A DNA stretch of 64,000 bases, taken from assembly GCA_035294225.1 (NCBI GenBank), contig DATGLH010000165.1:2831-66830 (forward strand), given 5' to 3'. Shown here piece after piece: positions 47,996-57,572 of the stretch. The position numbers and the translations under genes are program-made. Every line of letters starts with the position of its first letter. Within the stretch, counting starts at the first letter, position 1. The notes beneath the pieces are model-generated. The model saw only the letters and a program-made list of their open reading frames with translations, had not been told where the DNA came from and ran no database searches. The DNA is from Trebonia sp. (GTDB lineage: Bacteria; Actinomycetota; Actinomycetes; Streptosporangiales; Streptosporangiaceae).

Positions 47996-49332
47996 CCGGA
48001 CAGTGCCCGCAGCTGCGCCGCGCTCAGGTTCCCGACCACGTTCACCTGGCCGTTGGGGCTGTAGGTGTCAACCTGGAAGATACCGGTCGAGTCGTGGAAG
48101 CTGTCGAAGTCCGTCGGGCCGCCGGGCCCCTCGTACCTGATCGCGTGGCCCGCCTTGAGGATGGCGTCGCAGGCGGCGAAGGAGTAGCACACCGTCGCGC
48201 CGGGGACGCCGTTCCCGATCTTGATGATGTCCGGCCCGTACACGCTCGGGTCGGTGCTGTGGGACATGATCATCGCGAGGGCGGCCAGGTTGATCCCGTC
48301 GTAGAGGTGCACGCCGCCCGGCGCGCTGAGATAGGTGGTGAAGTTGCCGGTGACCCCGGGGACCTTGCCCTGCTCGGCGAGCAGCGCCTTGGCGAACGCC
48401 TGGTAGGCGGGGCCGCTGGACTCGACGACCAGGTTGTCCGCGTGGAAGTTGGCCGCGAACGTGGACGCGCCCACCGCCGCGGCCGCCGACTTGAAGAACG
48501 AGGGCGAGATGGCGGCGGACGTGCCGATGACCGGGATCATCTTGCCGCCGTTGAGCTGCATGATCTCCTGGAACAAGGTCGGGTCGGCGGCCCCGAGCGC
48601 CTCGGTCATGATCGCGTCCGGGTGGGACTGGATGATGGCCTCGGCCTCGGTGCGGAACGTCGTCGCCTTGAGGTCCAGCGTCTGGTTGGTGGTGAGGACC
48701 ATGCCGGCCTTCTTCAGCGCCGCGATGGCGGGCTGGATGAAGGTCTGCGAGCCGATGTCGTTGCCGAACGCCAGCGCGATCCGCTTGTAGTGCAGTTCCT
48801 GCGCGATCGCGACCATCGCGTAGGACTCCTCCAGGTCCGGCGGGACCAGGCGGTAGAAGTAGGGGTAGTGGACGCTGTCGAACTCGGACTGGCCGGTCAT
48901 GCAGAACATGGCCATCTTGCGCGCGTTGATGATCGGCACCACCGAGGCCGCCTCGTCGGAGGTGCAGCCGATGACCAGCACCAGGTTAGGGGTCGAGGCG
49001 AACATCTGGTTGACCGCCGGCACGGCGTCGGCGGGGTCGCCTCTGGTGTCGACGCTCTTGCAGGTGAGCTGGTGCCCGAGCACGCCGCCCGCGCTGTTGA
49101 TGGCCGCGGTCGCGCCGTAGCAGGAGGCCAGGTAGGTCGGGCCGAGCGCGGCGTCGGGACCGCTGAACGGCGCCACGTCGGCGATGGCGAGCGCCGGTCC
49201 CGAGGCCGCGCTGCCCGTGCCGGAGCTCGTGCCGGGCGTGCCGCTGCTCGTGCTGCTGCTCGTGCTGCTGCATCCGACCAGTGCGGCCGCGACGAGGAGG
49301 ACGAGCCCGGTTACTGGGGTCGTGAACTTCAT
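47992..49332 (-). CDS. Liv-type ABC substrate-binding lipoprotein
   Basis: Lipobox LVGC, PFSG, INSAGGVLG, DTRGDP, YFYRLVPPD. Confidence 0.88.
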   Translation of the reverse strand: MKFTTPVTGLVLLVAAALVGCSSTSSSTSSGTPGTSSGTGSAASGPALAIADVAPFSGPDAALGPTYLASCYGATAAINSAGGVLGHQLTCKSVDTRGDPADAVPAVNQMFASTPNLVLVIGCTSDEAASVVPIINARKMAMFCMTGQSEFDSVHYPYFYRLVPPDLEESYAMVAIAQELHYKRIALAFGNDIGSQTFIQPAIAALKKAGMVLTTNQTLDLKATTFRTEAEAIIQSHPDAIMTEALGAADPTLFQEIMQLNGGKMIPVIGTSAAISPSFFKSAAAAVGASTFAANFHADNLVVESSGPAYQAFAKALLAEQGKVPGVTGNFTTYLSAPGGVHLYDGINLAALAMIMSHSTDPSVYGPDIIKIGNGVPGATVCYSFAACDAILKAGHAIRYEGPGGPTDFDSFHDSTGIFQVDTYSPNGQVNVVGNLSAAQLRALSG

Positions 49333-49383
49333 TGTCCCTCCGCGGTGCGTTATGGGAGTTGGCTGCGGAAGCAGGGCCGCGGG

Positions 49384-50289
49384 TTACAGGCCGCTCTTCG
49401 GCGTGCCGGCCGGACGCCACCTCCAGCCGGCGTGGTCGCCGTCCTCGGCGACCACGCGGTTGCGGATCGTGCCGACGCTCTCGATGGTGACCTCGATGAC
49501 GTCGCCTGGCTGCAGCCATACCGGGGGCTGCCGGGCGAAGCCCACGCCGCCCGGCGTGCCGGTGGCTATCACGTCTCCGGGGGCCAGGCGGGTGAAGGAG
49601 GAGAAGAACTCGACCGCGCTGGGCACGTCCACGATCATCTGCGAGGTCCGGGCGGACTGCATGACCTGGCCGTTGAGCACGGTGGTCAGCGCCACGTCGG
49701 CCACGTCGGCCTCGTCGGGGGTGACGACCTCCGGGCCGATCGGCATGCTGCCCTCGAAGTTCTTGCCCGCGGTCCACTGCGATCCCGCGCGCTGCCAGTC
49801 CCGCGCTGAGGCATCGTTCAGCACCACGAACCCCGCGATGGCGTCAAGGGCCTTGCCTGCCGGTATGTACCGGCCGCCCGTTCCGATGACGATCCCGAGC
49901 TCGCCCTCGTAGTCGAACCGGCCGGTGAGCGCGGGCTTGACGAGGTCCGCGTACGGGGCCAGCACGCTGTCGCGGCCGCGGACGAAGGCGTCGGGCCAGG
50001 CCGGCACCTCCCGTCCGCCTTCGAGCGCGTGCTCGCGGTAGTTCAGGCCGAGGCAGAGAATCCGCTCCGGAGCGGGGACGGCGGGGCCCAGGTCCGCCGG
50101 GCCGTACTCCCGGCCGTCGCGGTCCGCGAGGGACCGGACCGCGTCCATGGCCGCCGGTCCGGCCCTCAGCAGCGCCGCGAGCGAGGCGAGGCCGGGATCG
50201 CCCGTCTCCTCGCCGACATCCACGTACCCGGAGCGTCCCCGCACGTGCAGCCGCAGCCCGGCCGGGGTGGCTATGGTGGCGAGCCTCAC
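49384..50289 (-). CDS. Fumarylacetoacetate hydrolase family protein
   Basis: CLGLNYREH, DYEGEL, NDASARDWQ, GKNF, GDVIATGTPGGVG; RBS AGGAGG. Confidence 0.92.
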   Translation of the reverse strand: MRLATIATPAGLRLHVRGRSGYVDVGEETGDPGLASLAALLRAGPAAMDAVRSLADRDGREYGPADLGPAVPAPERILCLGLNYREHALEGGREVPAWPDAFVRGRDSVLAPYADLVKPALTGRFDYEGELGIVIGTGGRYIPAGKALDAIAGFVVLNDASARDWQRAGSQWTAGKNFEGSMPIGPEVVTPDEADVADVALTTVLNGQVMQSARTSQMIVDVPSAVEFFSSFTRLAPGDVIATGTPGGVGFARQPPVWLQPGDVIEVTIESVGTIRNRVVAEDGDHAGWRWRPAGTPKSGL

Positions 50290-50325
50290 CTGGCGGCCTC
50301 CTAAGTCCGTTAGCCTCAGTCCCTC

Positions 50326-50446
50326 GATTGGTTGCATCTGGTAGATTGGTTGAGCGTAGGTCGGCGTTGCAGCAAGGTCAATACGCTGAATGGTTAGGAT
50401 CTGCATCATCATGGTCACAAGTTAACAGCGATTGGTAGAATTGGTT
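50326..50446. promoter_or_regulatory. Putative GntR/FadR operator region
   Basis: ATTGGT at 50327, 50345, 50431 and 50440 between divergent genes; TGGT is the typical FadR half-site. Confidence 0.5.
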
Positions 50447-50448
50447 AC

Positions 50449-51231
50449 ATGGACGGGACCGCGCGGGCCGCGCCTGCCGCACGGGGGCGGCGGCTCGCGG
50501 AGCTGATCGTGGCCGAGTCGCAGCGGGCCGGCCTTGGCCCGGGCTCGCGGCTGCCCACCGAGCGGCAGCTCGCGGCCGACCTCGGCGTCACGCGCAGCGG
50601 CGTCCGGCAGGCGCTCGCCGCGCTGGAGGCCGATGGGCTGATCTCCCGGGAGGTCGGCCGCGGCACGTTCTTCAGCGAGGCCTCGGCCCCGCTGTTCGGC
50701 GGGGACATCGCCGGCGACACGGCGGCCGCGGCGCTGCGCCAGCGGGGCGACGACGGCCCCGCCGCCCCGGCCTGGCGGGGCCGCCCGCCGGCAGCGTCGA
50801 CGGACTTCGCCCCGGCCGACGTGATGACGGTCCGCCGCCTGATCGAGCCGCAGGCCATGCCCCTCGTGGTGGTGTGGGCGACGGCGCGCGACTTCGAGGA
50901 GATGGAGCGCTGCGTCGCCGGCGGCGACCGCGCGGCCAGCTACGAGGAGTTCGAGACCTGGGACCTCGCCCTGCACCGGTGCATCATGGCCGCGGCCCAT
51001 AGCCCGCTGCTCGCCGCGCTGTACAGCGTCGTCGAGTCGGCGCGGCACGGCCAGGTCTGGGGCGACCTGAAGCGCCGCAGCACCTCCCGCCAGCGGCGGG
51101 AGGCCTACCAGAAGGATCACCGGGCCATCGTCGCCGCGCTCCGGGCGCGGGACGCCGCCGCCGCGGTCGAGGCGATGCGCCTCCACCTGACGCGCGTAGC
51201 CGAGCACCTCCTCGGCGAACCAGCCGTCTAG
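50449..51231 (+). CDS. GntR/FadR family regulator
   Basis: RLPTERQLA..LGVTRSGVRQAL, GRGTF; FCD domain D..LH, H..I..AL. Confidence 0.92.
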   Translation: MDGTARAAPAARGRRLAELIVAESQRAGLGPGSRLPTERQLAADLGVTRSGVRQALAALEADGLISREVGRGTFFSEASAPLFGGDIAGDTAAAALRQRGDDGPAAPAWRGRPPAASTDFAPADVMTVRRLIEPQAMPLVVVWATARDFEEMERCVAGGDRAASYEEFETWDLALHRCIMAAAHSPLLAALYSVVESARHGQVWGDLKRRSTSRQRREAYQKDHRAIVAALRARDAAAAVEAMRLHLTRVAEHLLGEPAV

Positions 51232-51291
51232 TGCAAGACTGGACCCGGGAGGCCGGCCAGGCCGGCCCGAGTCCACATGCGGAGGCGGTGA

Positions 51292-52359
51292 ATGGCGCGG
51301 CGAGTGAACAGCGAGCTGCTGCTTGTCGGGAGCCTGCCGGCGAGCTCGACCGACGCGGCGCTGCGGTCGGCGGCCGAGCTCTTCGGTGACCTGGTGTTCG
51401 CCCTGCCCGACGGGGAGACCGGGCCGCGGGCGGGCTGGGTCAGCTACGAGCGGGAACGGCTGGTCCGGCCGAACGACGGCGTGCTGACCGTCGCCGAGAC
51501 CGAATCTCCCACCGGGCTTCCCCGGCACGCGTACGAGACCCCGGTGTTCGCCGTCAGGCCCGGGGTCACCGAGCTGCACTGGGAGTCCTGGCCGCGGATC
51601 GACGACGCGATCGGGTCCTACGCCGTCTTCCGCAAGCTCCGGGAGGACGGGGTGATCCCGGCCGGGCTGCGGTTCCAGGTGGGGCTGCCGTTCCCGTCCA
51701 GCGCGATGAACGCCTTCAAGGCCGACTTCGCCGCCGACTACCCGGTCGCCGAGCGGGCGTTCGAAGACCTCGTGGCGCGCGAGATCCGGCGGCTGACCGC
51801 GGCGATCCCGCCGTCCGACCTGGCCATCCAGTGGGACATGGCGTACGAGGTGCAAGACCTCGAGGGCGTGCTCGCGTGGACCTGCGAGGGCGCGTGGGAA
51901 CGGTTCGCCGGGCCGGTGACCCGGCTGACGCCGCTCGTCCCGCCGGAGGTCCTCGTCGGCTATCACCTGTGCTACGGGACGTTCCCCGAGTGGCCGATGT
52001 ACGAGGCCCGCGACATGGGGCTGCTGGTCCGCATGGCCAACTTCGCGGTGGCGAACTCCGGGCGCCCCGTGGACTGGCTGCACCTGGCCGGCCCGCGGTA
52101 CCTGCGCAGCGAGGACCGCAGCTTCTTCCGGCCGCTGGTCGACCTCGAGCCCGGCGACGCGCGGGTGTTCCTCGGCATCGTGCTGCCGGTCGACGGGGCC
52201 GCGGGGCTGCGCCGCCGGGTGACGACCGCCTCGCGGTACATCTCCGACTTCGGCGTGGCCATGTACTGCGGGTTCGGGCGCCAGCCCGGCCAGGACGGCG
52301 CCGAGACCATGCGCGAGCACGCCCGCGTCGTCCGCGAGGTCCGGCGGCCCGGCGGGTGA
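51292..52359 (+). CDS. Cobalamin-independent methionine synthase-like (URO-D/MetE superfamily) single-barrel protein
   Basis: LLVGSLP, LPDGETG, AIQWD, GYHLCYG, CGFGR. Confidence 0.7.
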   Translation: MARRVNSELLLVGSLPASSTDAALRSAAELFGDLVFALPDGETGPRAGWVSYERERLVRPNDGVLTVAETESPTGLPRHAYETPVFAVRPGVTELHWESWPRIDDAIGSYAVFRKLREDGVIPAGLRFQVGLPFPSSAMNAFKADFAADYPVAERAFEDLVAREIRRLTAAIPPSDLAIQWDMAYEVQDLEGVLAWTCEGAWERFAGPVTRLTPLVPPEVLVGYHLCYGTFPEWPMYEARDMGLLVRMANFAVANSGRPVDWLHLAGPRYLRSEDRSFFRPLVDLEPGDARVFLGIVLPVDGAAGLRRRVTTASRYISDFGVAMYCGFGRQPGQDGAETMREHARVVREVRRPGG

Positions 52360-52592
52360 GACACCCCGCCCGCGGGCCAGATGACCCGCCCGGGCCGGGG
52401 CGGCCGCGCCAGAGACGCCGCGGTCACGTTCGGGATAATGGGGGGCGGACGGAAAGCCGTTGTGGGCAGCGAGCCGCGCGGGCACAATGGACCCGCTTTA
52501 TCCCGGCGGACGCAGAGTGGCTTGAGGCTCTGCGGCCAGCCCCGGCGCCGCGCCTGTCCCGGCGCGTGCCCGCGGCCTCCCGGAGCTGCCAC

Positions 52593-52750
52593 GTGTCTGT
52601 CGTACTGAGCGACCCGTCTTTCACCTTCCCGAACGGACGCCCCGTCCTCTCCAAGCTCAGCGCTGCCTTCGGTCCCGGGCGCACCGGCCTGACCGGGGTG
52701 AACGGCTCGGGGAAGTCAACCCTGCTCCGGCTGATCGCCGGCGACCAGCG
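52593..52750 (+). pseudogene. N-terminal fragment of an ABC-F ATPase
   Basis: FGPGRTGLTGVNGSGKSTLLRLIAG then loss of similarity. Confidence 0.7.
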
Positions 52751-52938
52751 CCTGGCCGCCTGGTCCGCGGCCGCGGGCGGGCACGGACCAGGCGCCGCTC
52801 GCGGCCGCGCGGCGCCGGATCGGCATCCTCGGCCCCGGCCGGGACGGCTACCACGGCACCCACGCCCCGTCGGCCCCGGTAACGCCGGAACCGCAGGGCA
52901 CCTGACACAGCCCCCTGTAACCGGCTGAATGCCACACT

Positions 52939-53004
52939 CATCCGCCTGAGCCGTCCATCCGCCTGAGCCGTCCATCCGCCTGAGCCCTTCATCCGCCTGA
53001 GCCC
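52939..53004 (+). repeat. 17-nt tandem repeat x4
   Basis: CATCCGCCTGAGCCGTC x2, CATCCGCCTGAGCCCTT, CATCCGCCTGAGCCC; no spacers. Confidence 0.9.
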
Positions 53005-53082
53005 TGAGGTCTTCAGCCCTGCCGTGCCTAAAGTCATCTATCATGCTCGCATATGGTCGACTACATCCGATATCATTCAGCT

Positions 53083-53859
53083 ATGGCCGATTCGATGCGA
53101 CACCCGAACGTGGCGCGTATCTATGACTACTTGCTGGGCGGCAAGGACAACTTCCAGGTCGACCGGGAGGCGGCGGCCCGGCTTCAGGAAGTGCTTCCGG
53201 ACAGCGTCAGGGCCGCCCGGGAGAACCGGCGCTTCCTTGAGCGGGTGGTCCGCTACCTGGTGTGGCAGGCGGGCATCCGGCAGATCATCGATATCGGCAC
53301 CGGCTTGCCGACACGCGGCAACGTCCATGAGGTGGCGCAGCGGATAGCCCCCGAAACGCGGGTGGTGTACGTCGACAACGACCCCGTGGTCGTCCGCCAC
53401 GGCATGGCGCTGCTGGTCACCGGCGAGGACACCGCCATGGTGGAGGCCGACCTGCGCGCGCCGCGGGCGATCATGACCCACCCGGACACGCGGCGGCTGA
53501 TCGACTTCGGCGCCCCGGTCGCGGTGCTGATGCTGGCCAGCCTGCATTTCGTGACCGACGCCGACGACCCGCGGGCGATCGTGCGGCTGTGGCGCGAGAC
53601 GATGGCGCCGGGCAGCTACCTGGCCATCAGCCACATCACGGCCGATGAGGTCGACCCGGCCAGCGCCAAGGCGGCGCAGGAGGTGTACGCCGACGCGTCG
53701 GCCCCCGCCGTGCCGCGCACGCTGGCCGAGGTGGAGGCGTTCTTCGACGGCTTCGACCTGGTGCCGCCCGGCGTGGTGAACATCAGCTCCTGGCCCGCCC
53801 CGGTACCGGGGCGGCCCAGGCACCGCGCGCTGCTGTACGGAGGGGTCGGGCGGCGATGA
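53083..53859 (+). CDS. Actinobacterial SAM-dependent methyltransferase (Methyltransf_19-like)
   Basis: ARIYDYLLGGKDNF..DR, DIGTGLPT, VYVDNDP, GSYLAISH; TATCAT just upstream suggests a leaderless start. Confidence 0.9.
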   Translation: MADSMRHPNVARIYDYLLGGKDNFQVDREAAARLQEVLPDSVRAARENRRFLERVVRYLVWQAGIRQIIDIGTGLPTRGNVHEVAQRIAPETRVVYVDNDPVVVRHGMALLVTGEDTAMVEADLRAPRAIMTHPDTRRLIDFGAPVAVLMLASLHFVTDADDPRAIVRLWRETMAPGSYLAISHITADEVDPASAKAAQEVYADASAPAVPRTLAEVEAFFDGFDLVPPGVVNISSWPAPVPGRPRHRALLYGGVGRR

Positions 53860-54176
53860 CGAGGCCGCGTGTCCGGTACGCGCTTCGCCGGTGGCGCGTG
53901 CGCCTGTGCCTGTACCGCCGGCTGTACGACCGCATGCCGTACCCGCGGCCGTGAGGCACCCGACTCCCGCGTGGCCGGTTCCCGCGTTCCTGCCACCCGC
54001 GCGCAGCGAACCGGCCACGCGGGGCCTTGATCCGCTCGACGCCCGCCATGGGCGTTAAGAGTTCTCATGCCGACGGGCTCGATGTCCGGCTTCCGGCGGG
54101 CGCCATCTGGCGCACCGCGCCCCGCCGCGGCGGGGCCGTAGGGCACGGATGGCGGCCGGGCCCCGGTCCCGGCTTC

Positions 54177-55658
54177 CTAGAGGTTTTCTTCCGAACGTAC
54201 GCGTGGTTCCAGCCCGGCAGCCACGGCCGCCGGCGGGGTGATTTCCGTCGCCCCGCGGGGGGCGCGGCGGCGCCGGGCCAGCGGCAGCGACGCCAGCCCG
54301 GCGGCGAACGCGGTGGCCGCGGTCACCAGGGTCGCCCGCTGGAACGCCGTCACCGCCTGCGCGCCGGCCGGATGGCCGAGCACCGTGACCAGGATCGCGA
54401 CGCCGAGGACGACGCCGACCTGACGGGCCATCGTGACGATCCCCGACCCGGTCGCGAAACGGTCCGGCGGGACCGCCGATACCGCCGCGCTCACCAGGGT
54501 AGGCAGCGTAAGCCCGACGCCCGTCCCTGTCATCAGCATGCCGGGCAGCATGTGGGCGGCGTAATCGGGGCGCGGCGACAGTTCCTGGTGCCAGAACACG
54601 CATCCGGCGGCGTAGACCGCGCACCCGGCGGCGGCCACCGGCCCAGCGCCGACGCGGCGGGCGAGCGGCCCCGCGCCGACCGCGAGGAATGGCACGAGCA
54701 GCGGCCCCGGGGCGACGGCGAGACCGGTGCGCAGCGCCGACCAGCCCCACACATCCTGGCACCACAGCGTCACCAGCAGCAGCATCGCGCCGAACGCCGT
54801 GCCGAACACCACGTTCGCCCCGGTCGCGGTGCTGAACGCCGGGAGCCGGAGGAGGCGCGGCTCGATGACCGGCGCGGGGTGGCGGGCGGAACGGCGGGCG
54901 AACAGGCCCAGCAGGAGCGCGGCCGCGGCGATGGAGCCGAGGACCCGCGGCGAGGCCCAGCCCCAGTCGTCTGCCTTGACCAGCGCGAGGGCCACCGCGC
55001 CGACCGCGACGGTGAAGATCACGGCGCCCGCGGTGTCCGGCCGGCCGGCATCCGCGCGCGCACGCCTCTTGCTGTTATCGTCCTGGGGGGCGGGCCGCAG
55101 CACCCGGAGGCTCGCGGCCAGGGCGGCGGCGGCGACCGGGACGTTGACCAGGAAGACCCAGCGCCAGTTCGCGGCGGCCAGCGCGCCGCCCAGCACCGGG
55201 CCGAGCGCCGCCGCCGCTCCCCCGACCGAGGTCCAGGCGCGGATCGCGCCGGTGCGCCTGCCCGGCGGTGCCGCCGCGAGCAGCAGGCCGAGCGAGGCCG
55301 GCATGAGCAGCGCCCCGCCGATCGCCTGCACGATCCGCGCCGCGACGAGCACCCACACGCCCGTCGCGGCGGCGCAGGCCGCCGAGGCGAGCGCGAACAG
55401 CGCGACGCCGGACAAGAACGCGGCGCGGCGCCCGATCCGGTCGGCGGCCCGGCCCGCCGGGACGAGCATCGCCGCGAACACGATCGCGTAGGCGTTCAGC
55501 ACCCAGGACAGCGAGGCCAGGTCCGCGCCGCCGAACGCCCGCCCGATCGACGGCAGCGCCACGTTCACGATGAACAGGTCGAGGTTCACCATCGCGATGC
55601 CCGCGGTGACGACCGCGAACACCGCCGCAAAGCGTGCCGGCCGGCCGGCCTCAGCCAT
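54177..55658 (-). CDS. MFS efflux transporter (DHA2 type)
   Basis: NLDLFIVNVALP, GRAADRIGRR, WRWVFLVNVP; about 14 TM segments. Confidence 0.92.
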   Translation of the reverse strand: MAEAGRPARFAAVFAVVTAGIAMVNLDLFIVNVALPSIGRAFGGADLASLSWVLNAYAIVFAAMLVPAGRAADRIGRRAAFLSGVALFALASAACAAATGVWVLVAARIVQAIGGALLMPASLGLLLAAAPPGRRTGAIRAWTSVGGAAAALGPVLGGALAAANWRWVFLVNVPVAAAALAASLRVLRPAPQDDNSKRRARADAGRPDTAGAVIFTVAVGAVALALVKADDWGWASPRVLGSIAAAALLLGLFARRSARHPAPVIEPRLLRLPAFSTATGANVVFGTAFGAMLLLVTLWCQDVWGWSALRTGLAVAPGPLLVPFLAVGAGPLARRVGAGPVAAAGCAVYAAGCVFWHQELSPRPDYAAHMLPGMLMTGTGVGLTLPTLVSAAVSAVPPDRFATGSGIVTMARQVGVVLGVAILVTVLGHPAGAQAVTAFQRATLVTAATAFAAGLASLPLARRRRAPRGATEITPPAAVAAGLEPRVRSEENL

Positions 55659-55667
55659 GCGCCCTCC

Positions 55668-55720
55668 TCAGTTTGAAAGTCCAACCAGAGAGTAGTCCTC
55701 ATCAGTTTGACTTTGCAACC
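55668..55720. promoter_or_regulatory. Duplicated putative HxlR operator
   Basis: TCAGTTTGAAAGTCCAACC and TCAGTTTGACTTTGCAACC, imperfect palindromes between the divergent genes. Confidence 0.6.
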
Positions 55721-55735
55721 GAGTAAGCTGGTGGC

Positions 55736-56242
55736 ATGCGCGACGATCTGCCCGGCCGCCCGTGCTCGGTGGCGGCCGCCCTGAACCTGGTGGGCGAGAA
55801 GTGGGCGCTGCTCGCCGTGCGCGAGATCGCCTTCGGCAACAAGCGTTTCGACGCGATCGCGCGGAACACCGGCGCGCCGCGTGACCGGCTCGCCGCCAGG
55901 CTGCGCGCGCTCCAGGCGGCGGGCGTGGTCGCCCGCCGCCAGTACAGCGAGCATCCCCCGCGCTGGGAGTACGAGCTCACCGAGGCCGGACGGGACCTGC
56001 GCGCGGTCTTGCGGGCGCTGCGCGCCTGGGGCGACAAGTGGGCCGTCGAGACGCCGCCGGCCGCGTTCGTCCATTCATGCGGGCACAGCGACCTGGATAC
56101 CGCGCTCGTCTGCCGTCACTGCGGCAGCGAGGTTGACCCCGGCGACCTGCGGCTGCGCGTCCTGGCCCCCGGCTGGACCCGCGAAGGGCCGGTTAGCGGC
56201 TCACGGCAGCCGTCTGACGACACCGGTCACCCTGCCCGCTGA
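55736..56242 (+). CDS. HxlR family winged-helix regulator
   Basis: CSVAAALNLVGEKWALL, RL..L, EYELTEAG, WGDKW. Confidence 0.92.
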   Translation: MRDDLPGRPCSVAAALNLVGEKWALLAVREIAFGNKRFDAIARNTGAPRDRLAARLRALQAAGVVARRQYSEHPPRWEYELTEAGRDLRAVLRALRAWGDKWAVETPPAAFVHSCGHSDLDTALVCRHCGSEVDPGDLRLRVLAPGWTREGPVSGSRQPSDDTGHPAR

Positions 56243-56411
56243 CGCCGGCCCGCTCCCCGCTGACGCTCGCTGCCCGCTGACGCCGGCCCGGCGCTCGCGC
56301 ACAACACCGTCTGCGCACCGGTGTGGACCGCCGCCATCGGGGTAGGCGTAGCCGGAGCCGCGCGGCCAGGACCATCCCCGAGCGGGCCGCGCACATGGAG
56401 AGGAGCACGTC

Positions 56412-56579
56412 ATGGGCATCATCTTGCTCGTCCTGCTTTTGGCCCTCATTCTCGGCGGCCTCGGGTTCGCCGTGCACGTCCTGTGGTGGATAGCACTCGC
56501 GGTCCTCATCATCTGGCTGCTCGGCTTCGCGCTGCGGGTCGGCGAGGGCTCGTCCCGGGGCCGCTGGTACCGATGGTGA
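56412..56579 (+). CDS. 55-aa small hydrophobic membrane protein (absent from the ORF track)
   Basis: AGGAG RBS; MGIILLVLLLALILGGLGFAVHVLWWIALAVLIIWLLGFALRVGEGSSRGRWYRW. Confidence 0.85.
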   Translation: MGIILLVLLLALILGGLGFAVHVLWWIALAVLIIWLLGFALRVGEGSSRGRWYRW

Positions 56580-56732
56580 CCCTCCCCCGCCCGGCCCGCG
56601 GGGCCGTGCCGGCCCGGGCGCGCGAGGCCTCGCGCGCCCGGGCCGGCACGTGCGCGGCGTAGGACCCGGACGCCCCTTCCGGCCGCCCGCCGCTTACCCG
56701 GCGCGCTGTCGTCCCCGGCGTACGATATCGGG

Positions 56733-57572
56733 ATGCGGGCCATTGACTTCCACGTGCACCTGCCGACGCCGGACTGGCTGGACGGCAGCATGGCGGGCTA
56801 CGTCGAGGCGGCCGAGGCATACTTCCGGTCGACCGTGCCGCGGCAGTCGCTGGCCGAGCTCGCGGACAAGTACCGCCGGCTGGACGTGATGGCCGTCCTG
56901 CTCGCCTGGGATGCCGAGACCGCCACCGGCCGCCCCCGGGTGCCGAACGAGACCGTGGCCGCCGCCTGCCGCGACTACCCCGGCGTGTTCGCCGGCATCG
57001 GCTCGGTCGACCCGCACAAGGGCGAGGAAGCCGTCGCGGAGGTGGCGAACATCGCCGCGCTGGGCCTGCGGGGAGTCAAGTTCCACCCGTCGTTGCAGGC
57101 GTTCGCCCCGGACGACCCGAAGTTCTGGCCGGTGTTCGCCGCCTGCGAGCGGCACGGCCTGCTCGCGCTGTTCCACACCGGGACCAGCGGGATCGGCGCC
57201 CGGCAGCCCGGCGGCCAGGGCATCCGGATCGACTATGCGCACCCGCTCAAGCTGGACGCGGTGGCGGCCGCGCATCCCGGCCTGACGGTGGTGGCGGCGC
57301 ACTTCGGCTGGCCGTGGCACCTGGACCTCATCGCGGTCGCCCTGCACAAGACGAACGTGTACATCGACATCTCCGGCTGGGCGCCGAAGCGGATCCCGCC
57401 CGAGGTGGTCCGGGAGCTTACGGGCCGGCTGTCCGGGCAGTTCGTGTGGGGCAGCGACTTCCCCTTCATCGCTCCGGAACGCTGCCTGGCCGAACTCGGG
57501 GAACTCGGCATCGCCAGCCCCGCCCTGCTGCACGGCAACGCCGCCCGCATCCTCGGGCTCAGTTCGGGCTGA
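56733..57572 (+). CDS. Amidohydrolase_2 family protein (CouO-like)
   Basis: IDFHVH, KFHP, FHTG, AHFGWPW, IDISGW, GSDFP. Confidence 0.9.
   Translation: MRAIDFHVHLPTPDWLDGSMAGYVEAAEAYFRSTVPRQSLAELADKYRRLDVMAVLLAWDAETATGRPRVPNETVAAACRDYPGVFAGIGSVDPHKGEEAVAEVANIAALGLRGVKFHPSLQAFAPDDPKFWPVFAACERHGLLALFHTGTSGIGARQPGGQGIRIDYAHPLKLDAVAAAHPGLTVVAAHFGWPWHLDLIAVALHKTNVYIDISGWAPKRIPPEVVRELTGRLSGQFVWGSDFPFIAPERCLAELGELGIASPALLHGNAARILGLSSG

Noticed and set aside
49384-50418. Extended N-termini in the ORF track (FAH, methyltransferase 23737, ApbE 24811, garA 32731, manC 36003, dhaL 38041, LivM 47399)
   Set aside because: Internal starts with an RBS or stop-start overlap match the domain boundaries better
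52939-53004. Possible CRISPR array
   Set aside because: 17-nt units are head-to-tail with no unique spacers, and no cas genes are present
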